Made by a program: the position numbers and the translations under genes
Assembly (NCBI RefSeq): GCF_019464535.1
Contig: NZ_CP080507.1
Span: forward strand, 3,300,001 to 3,332,000
Direction of reading: 5' to 3'
Length of the DNA stretch: 32,000 bases
From: Horticoccus luteus
Lineage (GTDB): Bacteria > Verrucomicrobiota > Verrucomicrobiia > Opitutales > Opitutaceae
Shown: in pieces, positions 1 through 9,491 of the stretch
Numbering within the stretch: position 1 is the first letter of the stretch
Layout of the letters: each line of letters begins with the position of its first letter
The notes under the pieces: generated by a model
The model's database searches: none
What the model saw: the letters and a program-made list of their open reading frames with translations, nothing else
What the model was told of the DNA's origin: nothing

Positions 1-2757
1 CGCCAGATCCGCGTGCTGCTCGATCCCGCGCGCCTCGCTTCGCGCAATCTCAGCGCGGGCCACCTCGTGCCGATGCTCCAATCGGCCAACGCCCAATCCC
101 ACACCGGCGCCCAGTCTTCCGCCAATCACGAAACGCTCCTGCAAACCGGCGCCTTCTTCCGCGACGCCCGGGACGTCGGCGCCGTGGTCGTGGGCGTCGC
201 CGACGGCCACCCCGTTTACCTGCGCGATGTCGCCACGATCGTCGACGGCCCCGAAGAGCCGTCCAACTATGTGTTCTACGGCGCCTCCGGCCGGACCGGC
301 GCCGCGGCCACCGCGACCGCCCTCGACGAACCCGCCGTCACGCTCAGCCTCGCCAAGCGCCGCGGCGCCAACGCCATCACCGTCGTTGACGCCGTTCTCG
401 CCAAAGTCGATTCGCTCCAAGGCACCGTCATCCCCGCCGATGTCGGCCTCGCCATCACGCGCAACTACGGCGCCACCGCCGCCGATAAATCCAACGAGCT
501 CCTGCTCCACATGGGCTTCGCGGTGTTCGGCGTCGCCGTCCTCATTCTCCTCTTCCTCGGCTGGCGCGAATCCCTGGTCGTGCTCCTCGCGATCCCCGTC
601 ACCCTCGGTCTCACGCTGCTCGTGTTTTACCTGCACGGCTACACGCTCAACCGCATCACCCTCTTCGCGCTGATTTTCTCGATCGGCATCCTCGTCGACG
701 ATGCGATCGTCGTCGTCGAAAACATCGTGCGGCACATGGCGCTCCCCGGCTGCCGCCGCAAACGCCTCCTCCAAATCGCCGTCGAAGCGACCGACGAAGT
801 GGGCAACCCCACCATCCTCGCCACCCTCGCCGTCATCGCCGCCGTGCTGCCGATGGCCTTCGTCAGCGGCCTGATGGGCCCCTACATGCGGCCGATCCCG
901 ATCGGCTCGAGCGCGGCGATGCTGTTCTCGCTCCTCGTCGCCTTCGCCGTCACACCCTGGGCCGCCCTCAAAATCCTGCGCGGTCGCGCTTCGCACGCCG
1001 GCCACGCCGCCGCCTTCGTCAACGCTCCGCCCTCCGAGGAAATCGAAGCCGCCGGCGAGACCGCGCCCGAGACGGCGTTCACCCGCCTCTACACGCGCTT
1101 CATGCGCCCGCTGCTCGATCACCGCCGTTGGCGCTGGGCCTTCCTCGCGATCGTCTCCGCCGCCACCGTGGTGGCGATGGCGCTCGTCGGTCTCGGCGGC
1201 GTGAAAGTCAAGATGCTCCCCTTCGACAACAAGTCGGAGTTTCAAGTCATCATCAACCTGCCCGAGGGCGCCACGCTCGAGCAGACCACCCGCGTCGCCC
1301 GCGAAATGGCCGCCGCCATCCGCGACGAACCCGAGGTCTCCGATTATCAGGTCTACGCCGGCACCGCCTCGCCGTTTAATTTCAACGGCCTCGTGCGCCA
1401 CTACTTCCTTCGCCGCGGCAGCAACGTCGCCGATCTTCAGGTCAACCTCGTGCCCAAGCACGAGCGCTCGGCCCAAAGCCACGACATCGCCAAGCGCGTC
1501 CGCCCCCGCCTCGCCGCCATCGCCGCCCGCTACGACGCCGCCGTCGCCGTGGCCGAAGTCCCGCCCGGCCCGCCCGTCCTCCAGACCCTGGTCGCCGAAA
1601 TCTACGGACCGTCGGAGGAAGCGCGCCTGCACCTCGCCGAAAAAGTCCGCGAAATCTTCCGCGCCACGCCCGGCGTGGTCGACGTGGACTGGTATGTCGA
1701 ACACCGCCAGCCGAAGACCCTCCTCCGCATCGATGCCGAGAAGGCCGCCCTGCACGGCATCAGCGAGGCCACGATCACCCGCACCGTGCAGATGGCCGCC
1801 CAAGGCTTTCCCGTCACGCTCCTGCACTCGCCCGCCGAACGCGAAGACGTGAACGTCGTCCTCGAACTCCCCCGCGCCCTCCGCGCCCGGCCCGACGACC
1901 TCCTCGCCCTCACCGTCCGCTCGGAGCGGAATCCGTCCGCTCCGCTCGTCCCGCTGCGCGAACTCGTCTCCGTCGTTTCGACGCGGGGCGAACGCAACAT
2001 CTACCACAAGAATCTGCAGAACGTCACCTACGTCACGGGCGACGTCGCCGGCGTGGTCGAGAGTCCCGTGTACGCGATCCTCACGATGAACCGCGCCCTG
2101 GCCAGGCTCGACGGCCGCGATTTCGGCGGCACGCGGTCAGCCGTTGAAATCTACAACGCCAGCATGCCCGCAAACGACCGCGAACCCGCCCTGAAATGGG
2201 ACGGCGAGTGGCAGGTCACCCTCGAGGTTTTCCGCGACCTCGGGCTCGCGTTCGCCGCCGTGCTCATCCTCATCTACATGCTCATGGTCGGCTGGTTTAA
2301 GAACTACACCACGCCGCTCATCGTCATGACCGTCATCCCGTTCTCCCTCGTCGGCATCCTGCCGGCGCACGCGGCCCTCGGCGCGTTTTTCACCGCCACG
2401 TCGATGATCGGGTTCATGGCTGGCGCCGGCATCGTCGTGCGCAATTCCATCATCCTCGTCGATTTCATCGAGCTGCGCCTCAGCCACGGTCTCTCGCTCC
2501 GCGATGCCTGCCTGGAGTCCGGCGCCGTGCGCTTCCGCCCGATGATGCTCACCGCCCTCGCCGTCGTCGTCGGTGGCCTCGTGATTCTCACCGACCCGAT
2601 TTTCCAAGGCCTCGCCATCTCCCTGGTCTTCGGCGCCATCGCCTCGCTCATCATCAGCCCGATCGCCGTACCGCTCATCTACTACATGAGCCACGCGCGC
2701 CGCGCCGCCTCCGCCGCCCCTGCTCCCGCGTCCGAGCCGTGCGACATTTCGTCCTGA
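1..2757 (+). CDS. RND (AcrB/CzcA-type) efflux transporter permease, 5'-truncated by window edge
   Basis: The frame is open from nt 1 ([12 protein letters not shown]...). About 915 aa of typical RND architecture are present: large periplasmic loops alternating with hydrophobic TM clusters ([38 protein letters not shown], second-half repeat [21 protein letters not shown]). Stop codon at 2755-2757. Confidence 0.9.
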   Translation, partial: RQIRVLLDPARLASRNLSAGHLVPMLQSANAQSHTGAQSSANHETLLQTGAFFRDARDVGAVVVGVADGHPVYLRDVATIVDGPEEPSNYVFYGASGRTGAAATATALDEPAVTLSLAKRRGANAITVVDAVLAKVDSLQGTVIPADVGLAITRNYGATAADKSNELLLHMGFAVFGVAVLILLFLGWRESLVVLLAIPVTLGLTLLVFYLHGYTLNRITLFALIFSIGILVDDAIVVVENIVRHMALPGCRRKRLLQIAVEATDEVGNPTILATLAVIAAVLPMAFVSGLMGPYMRPIPIGSSAAMLFSLLVAFAVTPWAALKILRGRASHAGHAAAFVNAPPSEEIEAAGETAPETAFTRLYTRFMRPLLDHRRWRWAFLAIVSAATVVAMALVGLGGVKVKMLPFDNKSEFQVIINLPEGATLEQTTRVAREMAAAIRDEPEVSDYQVYAGTASPFNFNGLVRHYFLRRGSNVADLQVNLVPKHERSAQSHDIAKRVRPRLAAIAARYDAAVAVAEVPPGPPVLQTLVAEIYGPSEEARLHLAEKVREIFRATPGVVDVDWYVEHRQPKTLLRIDAEKAALHGISEATITRTVQMAAQGFPVTLLHSPAEREDVNVVLELPRALRARPDDLLALTVRSERNPSAPLVPLRELVSVVSTRGERNIYHKNLQNVTYVTGDVAGVVESPVYAILTMNRALARLDGRDFGGTRSAVEIYNASMPANDREPALKWDGEWQVTLEVFRDLGLAFAAVLILIYMLMVGWFKNYTTPLIVMTVIPFSLVGILPAHAALGAFFTATSMIGFMAGAGIVVRNSIILVDFIELRLSHGLSLRDACLESGAVRFRPMMLTALAVVVGGLVILTDPIFQGLAISLVFGAIASLIISPIAVPLIYYMSHARRAASAAPAPASEPCDISS

Positions 2758-2884
2758 ACGCGACCCGCGCCGCCGGCTCCCTCTGTCGGGGCGTGGTTCG
2801 TCCCCGCCTGTATTTCCCCGCCCGCATCGCCACGCTTCGACCGCCTGCGTCCTTCACGCTGCCGATCCGACGGCAAAATCTCGC

Positions 2885-3274
2885 ATGAAATTCCTCGCGC
2901 TCCTCCGCGCCCTCTTCTCCCCCGCGCCCCGCGCCAGCCCCGCCAACTGGAGCGCGCGCCTCCGCGCCGGCACCGCCCTGCTCGTCGACGTCCGCGAACC
3001 CGGCGAATGGTCCTCCGGCGTCGCCGATCGCGCCGCGCTTCTTCCCCTCAGCGACCTCGACGGCCCGCGTCATCTCTGGCGCGACTTCCTCGCCCGCGCC
3101 GGCGACCGCGAAGTGCTCCTCTACTGCGCGTCCGGCCTGCGCTCCGGCGTCGCCGCTCGCACCCTCGCGCAGGAAGGTCTCCGCGCCGCCAACGCCGGCG
3201 GTCTCTCTGCCTGGGCCGCCGCCGGCTGGCCCATCGTGCGCCCCAAGGCCGCCGGTTCCGACCGCCGCCGCTGA
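2885..3274 (+). CDS. Single-domain rhodanese-like sulfurtransferase
   Basis: 129 aa with an ATG start. Rhodanese fold signature LVDVREPGEW ... LLYCASGLRSGVAARTL, with an active-site Cys in a 6-residue loop (CASGLRS). Confidence 0.8.
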   Translation: MKFLALLRALFSPAPRASPANWSARLRAGTALLVDVREPGEWSSGVADRAALLPLSDLDGPRHLWRDFLARAGDREVLLYCASGLRSGVAARTLAQEGLRAANAGGLSAWAAAGWPIVRPKAAGSDRRR

Positions 3275-3360
3275 GGCGCCTTCGTTTCCCGGCCCTCGTC
3301 TCCCGCCCAACCTTCCTCCCTCGCCTCTGCGGCCGCGCCGCCCCGGTCAATCCTCCTCCC

Positions 3361-5040
3361 ATGCCGAACACCGCTCCCTCCCTTCGCTTCGTCATCGTCG
3401 GCGGCGTGGCCGCCGGTGCGTCCGCCGCCGCCCGCGCACGACGCCTCGACGAACGCGCCTCGATCGCCGTTCTCGAGCGCGGCCCCGATGTGTCGTTCGC
3501 CAACTGCGGCCTCCCCTATTTCATCGGCGGCGAAATCCGCCAGCGCGACGCCCTCTCCGTGCAGACTCCGCAGACGCTCAAAGCCCTGCTCAACCTCGAC
3601 GTCCGCCCCAGCACCGAAGCCGTCGCCATTGACCGCCCCAACCACCGCGTGCAAGTGCGCGACCTCGCCGGCGGCACCACGAGCTGGATGCCATACGACC
3701 GCCTCCTCCTCGCGCCCGGCGCCGTGCCCGTCCGCCCCTCGCTCCCCGGCATCGACGACCCGCGCATCCTCACCCTCCGCTCCCTCGGCGACATGGACCG
3801 CATCAAGGCCGCCGCCACTTCCGCCGCGCACGTCACCGTCGTCGGCGCCGGCTTCATCGGTCTGGAAATGGCGGAGCAACTCGTCCGCCTCGGGAAGAAC
3901 GTCACGCTGATCGAACTCGCCGACCAAGTGCTCCCGCCGCTCGACCGCCCGATGACGCAACTCATCGCGGACGAACTTCGCCGCCACCGCATCGACCTGC
4001 GCCTCTCCGATCGCGTCGTCTCCTTCGCCGCCACCGCCGACACGCTCGTCTGCCACCTCGCCTCCGGCACCACCCTCTCCACGCAACTCGTCATCCTCGC
4101 CATCGGCGTGCGCCCCGACACCGCCCTCGCCCGCGCCGCCGGCCTCGCGCTCAGCGAACGCGGCCACCTCCGCGTCAACGACCACCTCCAGACCAACGAT
4201 CCGCACATCTACGCCGCCGGTGATGCCATCGAGACGACGGACCTCGTCACCGGCACCCCGAGCGCCGTTGCCCTTGGCGGCCCGGCCAACCGCCAGGGCC
4301 GCCACGTCGCCGATCGCATTTTCCGCCCCGCGCACACCCCGCCGTTTCCCGGCGTCCTTGGCACCGCCATCGTCCGCGTCTTCAACGTCGCCGCCGGCCT
4401 CACCGGCTGGTCCGAAAAACGCCTCCGGGCCGCGGGCCGCCCATTTCGCACCGTCACCGTCAACGACAACCACCACGCCGGCTACTTCCCCGGCGCCAAG
4501 CCGCTGCAGCTCAAACTGCTTTGGGACCCCGCGGACGGACGCGTGCTCGGCGCCCAAGTTTCCGGGCTCGCCGGCGTTGACAAACGCCTCGACGTCCTCG
4601 CCACCGCCCTCACCGGCCGCCTCACGATCGACGACCTCGCCCAGCTCGAACTCGCCTACGCGCCGCCCTTCGGTGCCGCGAAAGATATCGTCAACCTCGC
4701 CGGCTTCGCCGCGTGCAACGCCCGCGACGGACTCGTCACCCTTGTTGACGCCCTTCCCGCCGATCCCGCCGTGCAGATTCTCGACGTGCGCCCGCCGCCG
4801 CTCGTCCAATCGCATCCCCTGCCCGTGCCTCACGCGCTCAACATTCCCCTCGGCGCTCTCCGCGGCCGCCTCGGCGAACTCGACCGCGCGCGCCCCGTCG
4901 TCACCGTCTGTGCTCTCGGCAAGAGCGCGTATTTCGCCGCGCGCATCCTCGCGCAAAACGGCTTTCAAGTCACCGCGCTCGCCGGCGGCATCCGCGCCCA
5001 CTTCGATCCGCTCAGCCCCGCGAAACTCCCCGTGCCGTGA
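3361..5040 (+). CDS. Pyridine nucleotide-disulfide oxidoreductase of the CoA-disulfide reductase / persulfide reductase type with C-terminal rhodanese domain
   Basis: I chose the ATG at 3361 (MPNTAPSLRFVIVGGVAAGASAAARARR = Rossmann FAD motif). It has the CoADR-type redox Cys motif SFANCGLPYFIGG and a second dinucleotide motif VTVVGAGFIGLEMAE. The C-terminal rhodanese module is ILDVRPP...VVTVCALGKSAYFAARIL. The track ORF's upstream extension (3007-3360) is Arg/Pro-rich and overlaps the rhodanese gene. Confidence 0.85.
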   Translation: MPNTAPSLRFVIVGGVAAGASAAARARRLDERASIAVLERGPDVSFANCGLPYFIGGEIRQRDALSVQTPQTLKALLNLDVRPSTEAVAIDRPNHRVQVRDLAGGTTSWMPYDRLLLAPGAVPVRPSLPGIDDPRILTLRSLGDMDRIKAAATSAAHVTVVGAGFIGLEMAEQLVRLGKNVTLIELADQVLPPLDRPMTQLIADELRRHRIDLRLSDRVVSFAATADTLVCHLASGTTLSTQLVILAIGVRPDTALARAAGLALSERGHLRVNDHLQTNDPHIYAAGDAIETTDLVTGTPSAVALGGPANRQGRHVADRIFRPAHTPPFPGVLGTAIVRVFNVAAGLTGWSEKRLRAAGRPFRTVTVNDNHHAGYFPGAKPLQLKLLWDPADGRVLGAQVSGLAGVDKRLDVLATALTGRLTIDDLAQLELAYAPPFGAAKDIVNLAGFAACNARDGLVTLVDALPADPAVQILDVRPPPLVQSHPLPVPHALNIPLGALRGRLGELDRARPVVTVCALGKSAYFAARILAQNGFQVTALAGGIRAHFDPLSPAKLPVP

Positions 5041-5041
5041 A

Positions 5042-5230
5042 CGCGCCCCGCGCGCGCGACCCAAAGTGTGGGCGGGGTGCCCCCACCCCCCGCTCCGCGC
5101 CCCCCCGTTCCTGCAGGCCGGTTACGCTCACCCGCGCCGCGTACCGCACGCCTCCGTCCTGTGGGCGGGGTGCCCTCACCCCGCACCCTTCCCGCGCGCC
5201 CCGCGCGCGCAACTCAAAGTCCCGCCCCAC
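5042..5230. repeat. REP-like GC-rich intergenic repeats
   Basis: Unit X, cgcgccccgcgcgcgc-N4-caaagt, occurs at 5042-5067 and 5195-5220 (3 mismatches over 26 nt). Unit Y, gtgggcggggtgccc(c/t)cacccc, occurs at 5068-5089 and 5161-5182. An inverted partial Y (cccgccccac) lies at 5221-5230. Y is itself an imperfect palindrome (GGGG-TG-CCCC core). Confidence 0.6.
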
Positions 5231-5577
5231 CGCGCGAAATCTCGCTTCCGCCCACGCCCACGCCCGCATCGCGCGCCGCGCGAACGCGGCCGATCGCCCC
5301 GCACCGTGGTGCAACGGCTTTTCCATTTGTAGGCCCTATCCCATCCCCCCGCCCTTCTTCCGCAGTCCCCCTCTCGCCTCTGCCGCTCCCGGCGCCACGC
5401 ACAGCCCGGACAAAGTGTAACCTGTTAGCGACGCCTCACCTTCGCCTCACCTTCGCCTGCCGGCGCAGCGACCGCTTCTATTGTCCGTTCTGATTTTCGC
5501 CCCGCCGCGCGGCCGCGTGGCGAACAAGGGCTTGGGCTTGGGCTTGTGTCATAAAGTCGGCCAATCCAAAACAGCCC

Positions 5578-6843
5578 ATGACCAAATTATCCGACACGGA
5601 CGCCGCCCACCTTCACCCCGAAACGCTCGCCTTGAGCTACGGCTTCGACCCGTGGCTCAGCGAGGGCGCCGTCAAGCCGCCGGTCTTTCTCACCTCGACG
5701 TTCGCCTTCAAGAAGGCCGCCGATGGCAAACAGTTCTTCGCCTGGGCCCACGGCGAAGGTGCGCCTCCGAAGAAGGGCGAAATGGGCCTCATCTACTCGC
5801 GCATCAACAATCCCAACCTCGAGATTTTCGAGGACCGCGTCGCCCTGTGGGAGGGCATGCGTCACGCCCAAAGTTTCTCCAGCGGCATGGCCGCCATCGC
5901 CACCACGCTCCTCGCCACCCACGGCCCCGGCGACGAGATGATCGTCTGCGCGCCCGTCTACGGCGGCACCGATTCGCTCATCCACCATTTTCTCCGCCGC
6001 TTCGGCCTCACCGCCCATTTCGTGCCCGCCGGAGCCGAGGCCCCCGCGCTCGCCGCGGCACTCGTCACGCCCCGCACCCGCTCGATCTTCATCGAGACAC
6101 CCGCCAACCCCAACAACCGCCTCACCGACATCGCCGCGATGCGCGCCCTCGCGCTGCACCAACTCGCCGCCGGCCGCAACCGCGAGCTCCTCGTCATCGT
6201 CGACAACACCATGGCCGGCCCCGTCTTCTCGCACCCCGCGAAAGTCGGTGCCGACATTGTCCTCTACTCCGCCACCAAATTCATCGGCGGCCACTCCGAC
6301 GTGGTCGGCGGCGTGGCCCTCGCCAACGACGACGAACTCATCCACGCGATCGCGCAGCACCGCGCCCTCCTCGGCGGCATGCCCAATCCCTACACCGCGT
6401 GGCTGCTCACCCGTTCGCTCGAAACGCTGAAAGTCCGCGCCGAGCAGCAACAGCGCAACGCACAGCAAATCGCGGCCTGGCTCGCCCTGCAGCCGAAGAT
6501 CCGCCACGTCTGCTACCTCGGCCTCCTCACACCCACCGACCCCGAATACGCCATTTATCAAAAGCAGCACAGCGGCCCCGGCTCGTTGATCTCCTTTTAC
6601 CTCCATGGCGACGAAGCCCGGGCGTTCGCCTTCCTCGACCATCTCAAAGTCTTCCGCCTCGCCGTCTCCCTCGGGTCCACCGAGTCGCTCGCGCAACATC
6701 CGTCGTCGATGACGCATTCCGGCCTCACGCCGGCCGACAAACAACTTGGCGGCATCACCGACGACCTCGTGCGTCTCTCCATCGGCATCGAGCACCCTGA
6801 CGACCTGATCTGGGATCTCACGCAAGCCCTCGACGCCGTTTGA
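5578..6843 (+). CDS. Cys/Met-metabolism PLP-dependent enzyme (cystathionine gamma-synthase/lyase / methionine gamma-lyase family)
   Basis: 421 aa with an ATG start. Family hallmarks are YSRINNPN, DNTMAGP and the PLP-lysine motif YSATKFIGGHSDVVGG, plus the C-terminal SLGSTESLAQHPSSMTH. The exact reaction specificity cannot be told from sequence alone. Confidence 0.85.
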   Translation: MTKLSDTDAAHLHPETLALSYGFDPWLSEGAVKPPVFLTSTFAFKKAADGKQFFAWAHGEGAPPKKGEMGLIYSRINNPNLEIFEDRVALWEGMRHAQSFSSGMAAIATTLLATHGPGDEMIVCAPVYGGTDSLIHHFLRRFGLTAHFVPAGAEAPALAAALVTPRTRSIFIETPANPNNRLTDIAAMRALALHQLAAGRNRELLVIVDNTMAGPVFSHPAKVGADIVLYSATKFIGGHSDVVGGVALANDDELIHAIAQHRALLGGMPNPYTAWLLTRSLETLKVRAEQQQRNAQQIAAWLALQPKIRHVCYLGLLTPTDPEYAIYQKQHSGPGSLISFYLHGDEARAFAFLDHLKVFRLAVSLGSTESLAQHPSSMTHSGLTPADKQLGGITDDLVRLSIGIEHPDDLIWDLTQALDAV

Positions 6844-7220
6844 CCGGGCCGAACTTCCCTCGTGCCCGCCGCCCCGCCCTGCGTCCCACCCGCCGCCTCG
6901 GTTTGCGCCCCGCCGACGGCGGCTCCGCCTCATTCTCGTGGTCGTTTTCTTTCTTCCCGACCGTTCTCGTTCCCTCCCTCGCTCCCCTCCCTCTTCCCGC
7001 TCCGCCCGCTCTCCTCGCCCCGGCGAACGCGAATCCAAACGCCAACGCTTACCGCCCCGCCCCGATTTCGCCCGGCTATTTCCGCAATTGTGCGGCCCGC
7101 GCCGTTCGTCTTGTATTTTCGCCGCCCGAAAATCCCGGCCGGCCTCGCCGACCCTTCCTTGCGCCCGCCATTTTTCTTCCACGCGCCTTCGCGCGAACTC
7201 TCTCCGCCTGATTCTTCCCG

Positions 7221-8873
7221 ATGTTTCTCTCCCGGTTTTCTCCCCGCCTTCGCCGCCTCCTCGTCCTCGCGCTTTTCGCCTCGTCCGTCGCGACCGGCGC
7301 TTTCGCCGCGGATCGCGCCCAGGTCACCCTGCTCGCCACCACCGACCTTCACGGCCACCTCCTCCCGCTCGACGATTACACCGGCCAACCCAGCCCCCTC
7401 GGTGTCGCCAAGCTCGCCACGCTCATCGCCCAAGCCCGCCGCAACGCGCCCGATCTGCTCCTGATCGACAGCGGCGACACCATCCAAGGCACGCCCCTCG
7501 CATATTTTCACGCGCGCAAGAACAACGCCCCGCCCGACCCGATGATGCTCGCGATGAATGCGCTGCAGTACACGAGCATGACCGTCGGCAACCACGAGTA
7601 TAACTTCGGTCCCGCCGTCCTCGCCAAGGCCCGCGGCGAAGCCCATTTCCCCTGGCTCTCCGCCAACACCTACCGCACCGGCACCGACGAAACCGCCTAC
7701 GCGCCCTACGTCGTCAAGGAAGTCGCCGGCGTTCGCATCGGCATCCTCGGCCTCACCACCCCCGGCATCCCGTATTGGGAAAATCCGGAAAACTACGCCG
7801 GCCTCGAATTCCGCCCGCTCCTCTCCGAGGCGAAGAAATGGACCACTCTCCTCCGCTCGCGCGAACACGTCGATGCCGTCGTCATCGCGATGCACGGCGG
7901 CCTCGAGGAAGACCTCGCCACCGGCCGCCGCCCGCCCGGCAACATCCCGGGCGAAAACGCCGCCGTCGCCCTCGCGCGCGAGGTGCCCGGCCTCGACGTG
8001 ATTCTCCTCGGTCATACGCACCGCGAAGTGCCCGCGCTCGTGGTCAACGGCGTCCTCCTCACGCAAGCCGGCCACTGGGGCGATTTTCTCGCGCGCGTGG
8101 ATCTGTATTTCTCCCGCCCCTCGACCGATGCTCCGTGGACGCTCCTCGCCAAAGGCGCTCATACCATCCCCGTGCGCGCCGATACTCCCGCCGATCCCGC
8201 GATCTTGGCGATCGCCGCGCCGTATCAACGCGAGACCCAAGCCTGGCTCACCCGCGAGATCGGCACCTGCGCCCAACCCCTCGGCGCCGAAGACGCGCAA
8301 TTCCGCGACACCGCCCTCCTCGACCTCGTGCAACGCGCCCAGCTCGAAGCCGGCCACGCCGACGTCTCCCTCGCCGCCAGCTTCAACCGCCACGCCCGCA
8401 TCGCCGCCGGCCCCGTGACCGTCCGCGACATCGCGAGCCTTTATCCCTACGAAAACACGCTCTACGTGCTCGAAGTCACCGGCGCGCAACTCAAGGCCGC
8501 CCTCGAACACTCCGCGCGTTATTTCCTGCCCTACGTCGCCGGCAAATCCCCCGCCGAACTCGTCGATCCGAGCATCCCCGCCTACAACTTCGACGTCGCG
8601 GAGGGCGTTTCCTACGAGATCGATTTGCGCCGCCCGATTGGCGATCGCATCCAGCACCTCACGTTTCAAGGCGCCCCACTCGCCCCCGACCGCAAGCTCC
8701 GGCTCGCCACCAACAACTATCGCTACAACGGCGGCGGCGGCTACACGATGCTGAAGACGGCCCGGGTGCTCGCCCACCCCAGCGCCGAAATTCGCGACCT
8801 CCTCATCGCGTGGGTGGAGCGACATCACGACATCCCGGTCACCCCGACCGGCAACTGGCGCCTCGTGCCCTGA
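7221..8873 (+). CDS. Secreted bifunctional metallophosphatase / 5'-nucleotidase (UshA/CpdB family)
   Basis: 550 aa. N-terminal signal peptide (RLRRLLVLALFASSVATGAFAADRA). Calcineurin-like metallophosphoesterase motifs are TTDLHGHL, DSGDTIQGT, GNHEYN and GHTH. A C-terminal 5'-nucleotidase substrate-binding domain is present (YPYENTLYVLEVTG, NNYRYNGGGGY). Confidence 0.85.
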   Translation: MFLSRFSPRLRRLLVLALFASSVATGAFAADRAQVTLLATTDLHGHLLPLDDYTGQPSPLGVAKLATLIAQARRNAPDLLLIDSGDTIQGTPLAYFHARKNNAPPDPMMLAMNALQYTSMTVGNHEYNFGPAVLAKARGEAHFPWLSANTYRTGTDETAYAPYVVKEVAGVRIGILGLTTPGIPYWENPENYAGLEFRPLLSEAKKWTTLLRSREHVDAVVIAMHGGLEEDLATGRRPPGNIPGENAAVALAREVPGLDVILLGHTHREVPALVVNGVLLTQAGHWGDFLARVDLYFSRPSTDAPWTLLAKGAHTIPVRADTPADPAILAIAAPYQRETQAWLTREIGTCAQPLGAEDAQFRDTALLDLVQRAQLEAGHADVSLAASFNRHARIAAGPVTVRDIASLYPYENTLYVLEVTGAQLKAALEHSARYFLPYVAGKSPAELVDPSIPAYNFDVAEGVSYEIDLRRPIGDRIQHLTFQGAPLAPDRKLRLATNNYRYNGGGGYTMLKTARVLAHPSAEIRDLLIAWVERHHDIPVTPTGNWRLVP

Positions 8874-9144
8874 GGCGCCCGCACTGTCCGACCGGTCCAC
8901 CGTTCGCTAACGCCATTCCTTCGTTCGCAGCCGCGAGTGCGCGATGCACTGCTCCCCCCGTCGCGTTTGCCGCCGCGCGCCGCCGGAAAGAGTTCGACGC
9001 CGACCGCGCAACCTCCCACGTTGCCCGCGCCCCCAACGGGCGCGTGACCGCGGCAGGGCGTGCGGCATGAGAGTTCAACATTCGTGCCCGGTCGAACTGC
9101 GGCATTCCGCCAAGGCAGGCCGGTCACACCCAATAAGGACACAC

Positions 9145-9243
9145 ATGGCCAAGACCCAAAACTCGAAGAAGCAGACCAAGAAAGCGCCGCTCAAAACGGC
9201 CAAGGAAAAAAAGCAGGCCAAGCAAGCCAAGAAGGCCCGCTAG
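9145..9243 (+). CDS. Possible small lysine-rich protein (32 aa)
   Basis: ATG at 9145 is preceded by AAGGA (9134-9138). Product: MAKTQNSKKQTKKAPLKTAKEKKQAKQAKKAR. It is the only non-Arg/Pro-rich part of track ORF 8944-9243. No recognisable family, so it could be non-coding. Confidence 0.3.
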   Translation: MAKTQNSKKQTKKAPLKTAKEKKQAKQAKKAR

Positions 9244-9491
9244 TCGTTGGTCGCGGCCGTGGCGGCAACGCCCGGTCGCGCTGCCTGAGCCGCCACCGCC
9301 CGGAGGCGCGCATTCGCCGCCTCCGCGATGTCCCTTGCGTTTCGCCGGGGATGAGCGACGGTGGCGGCTCGTAATCGCGTAAGATGACAGTAGTTGGTGG
9401 GTCCTCAGATGAGCTTCCGCTCAGGTGATGATTCGAAACCCGGCTCCCGGGAACATGCTGACAACAGACGAAGCATACGAAACTCATCACC

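Noticed and set aside
3007-3360. N-terminal 118-codon extension of the reductase ORF
   Set aside because: It is Arg/Pro/Ser-rich, overlaps the rhodanese gene out of frame, and precedes a clean ATG at 3361 that opens directly into the FAD-binding GxGxxG motif.
3121-5064. 647-aa ORF on the minus strand, antisense to the CoADR-type gene. Similar long antisense ORFs occur at 5587-7182, 6930-8900, 13530-14735, 15755-17458 and 17485-19758.
   Set aside because: All are Gly/Ala/Arg/Glu/Asp-rich low-complexity translations that exactly shadow well-supported genes with clear family motifs on the other strand. This is the expected stop-codon-poor artefact of roughly 70% GC DNA.
5330-5577. Possible SAM riboswitch upstream of the Cys/Met PLP enzyme
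   Set aside because: I could not find the conserved SAM-I core segments or a convincing SAM-II/V pseudoknot motif by eye. It is left as an unclassified leader; a covariance-model scan is needed to settle it.
5481-6800. 439-aa + strand ORF overlapping the PLP enzyme gene in another frame. Many similar Arg/Pro-rich + strand ORFs also occur (e.g. 4220-5332, 7775-9070, 16174-17352, 17520-18641).
   Set aside because: The composition is dominated by R/P/H/A, there are no motifs, and each is out of frame within a confidently assigned gene.
8944-9144. Upstream two-thirds of track ORF 8944-9243
   Set aside because: The Arg/Cys/Pro-rich translation looks non-coding. Only the last 32 codons, which have their own SD-like AAGGA and ATG, are retained as a low-confidence small ORF.
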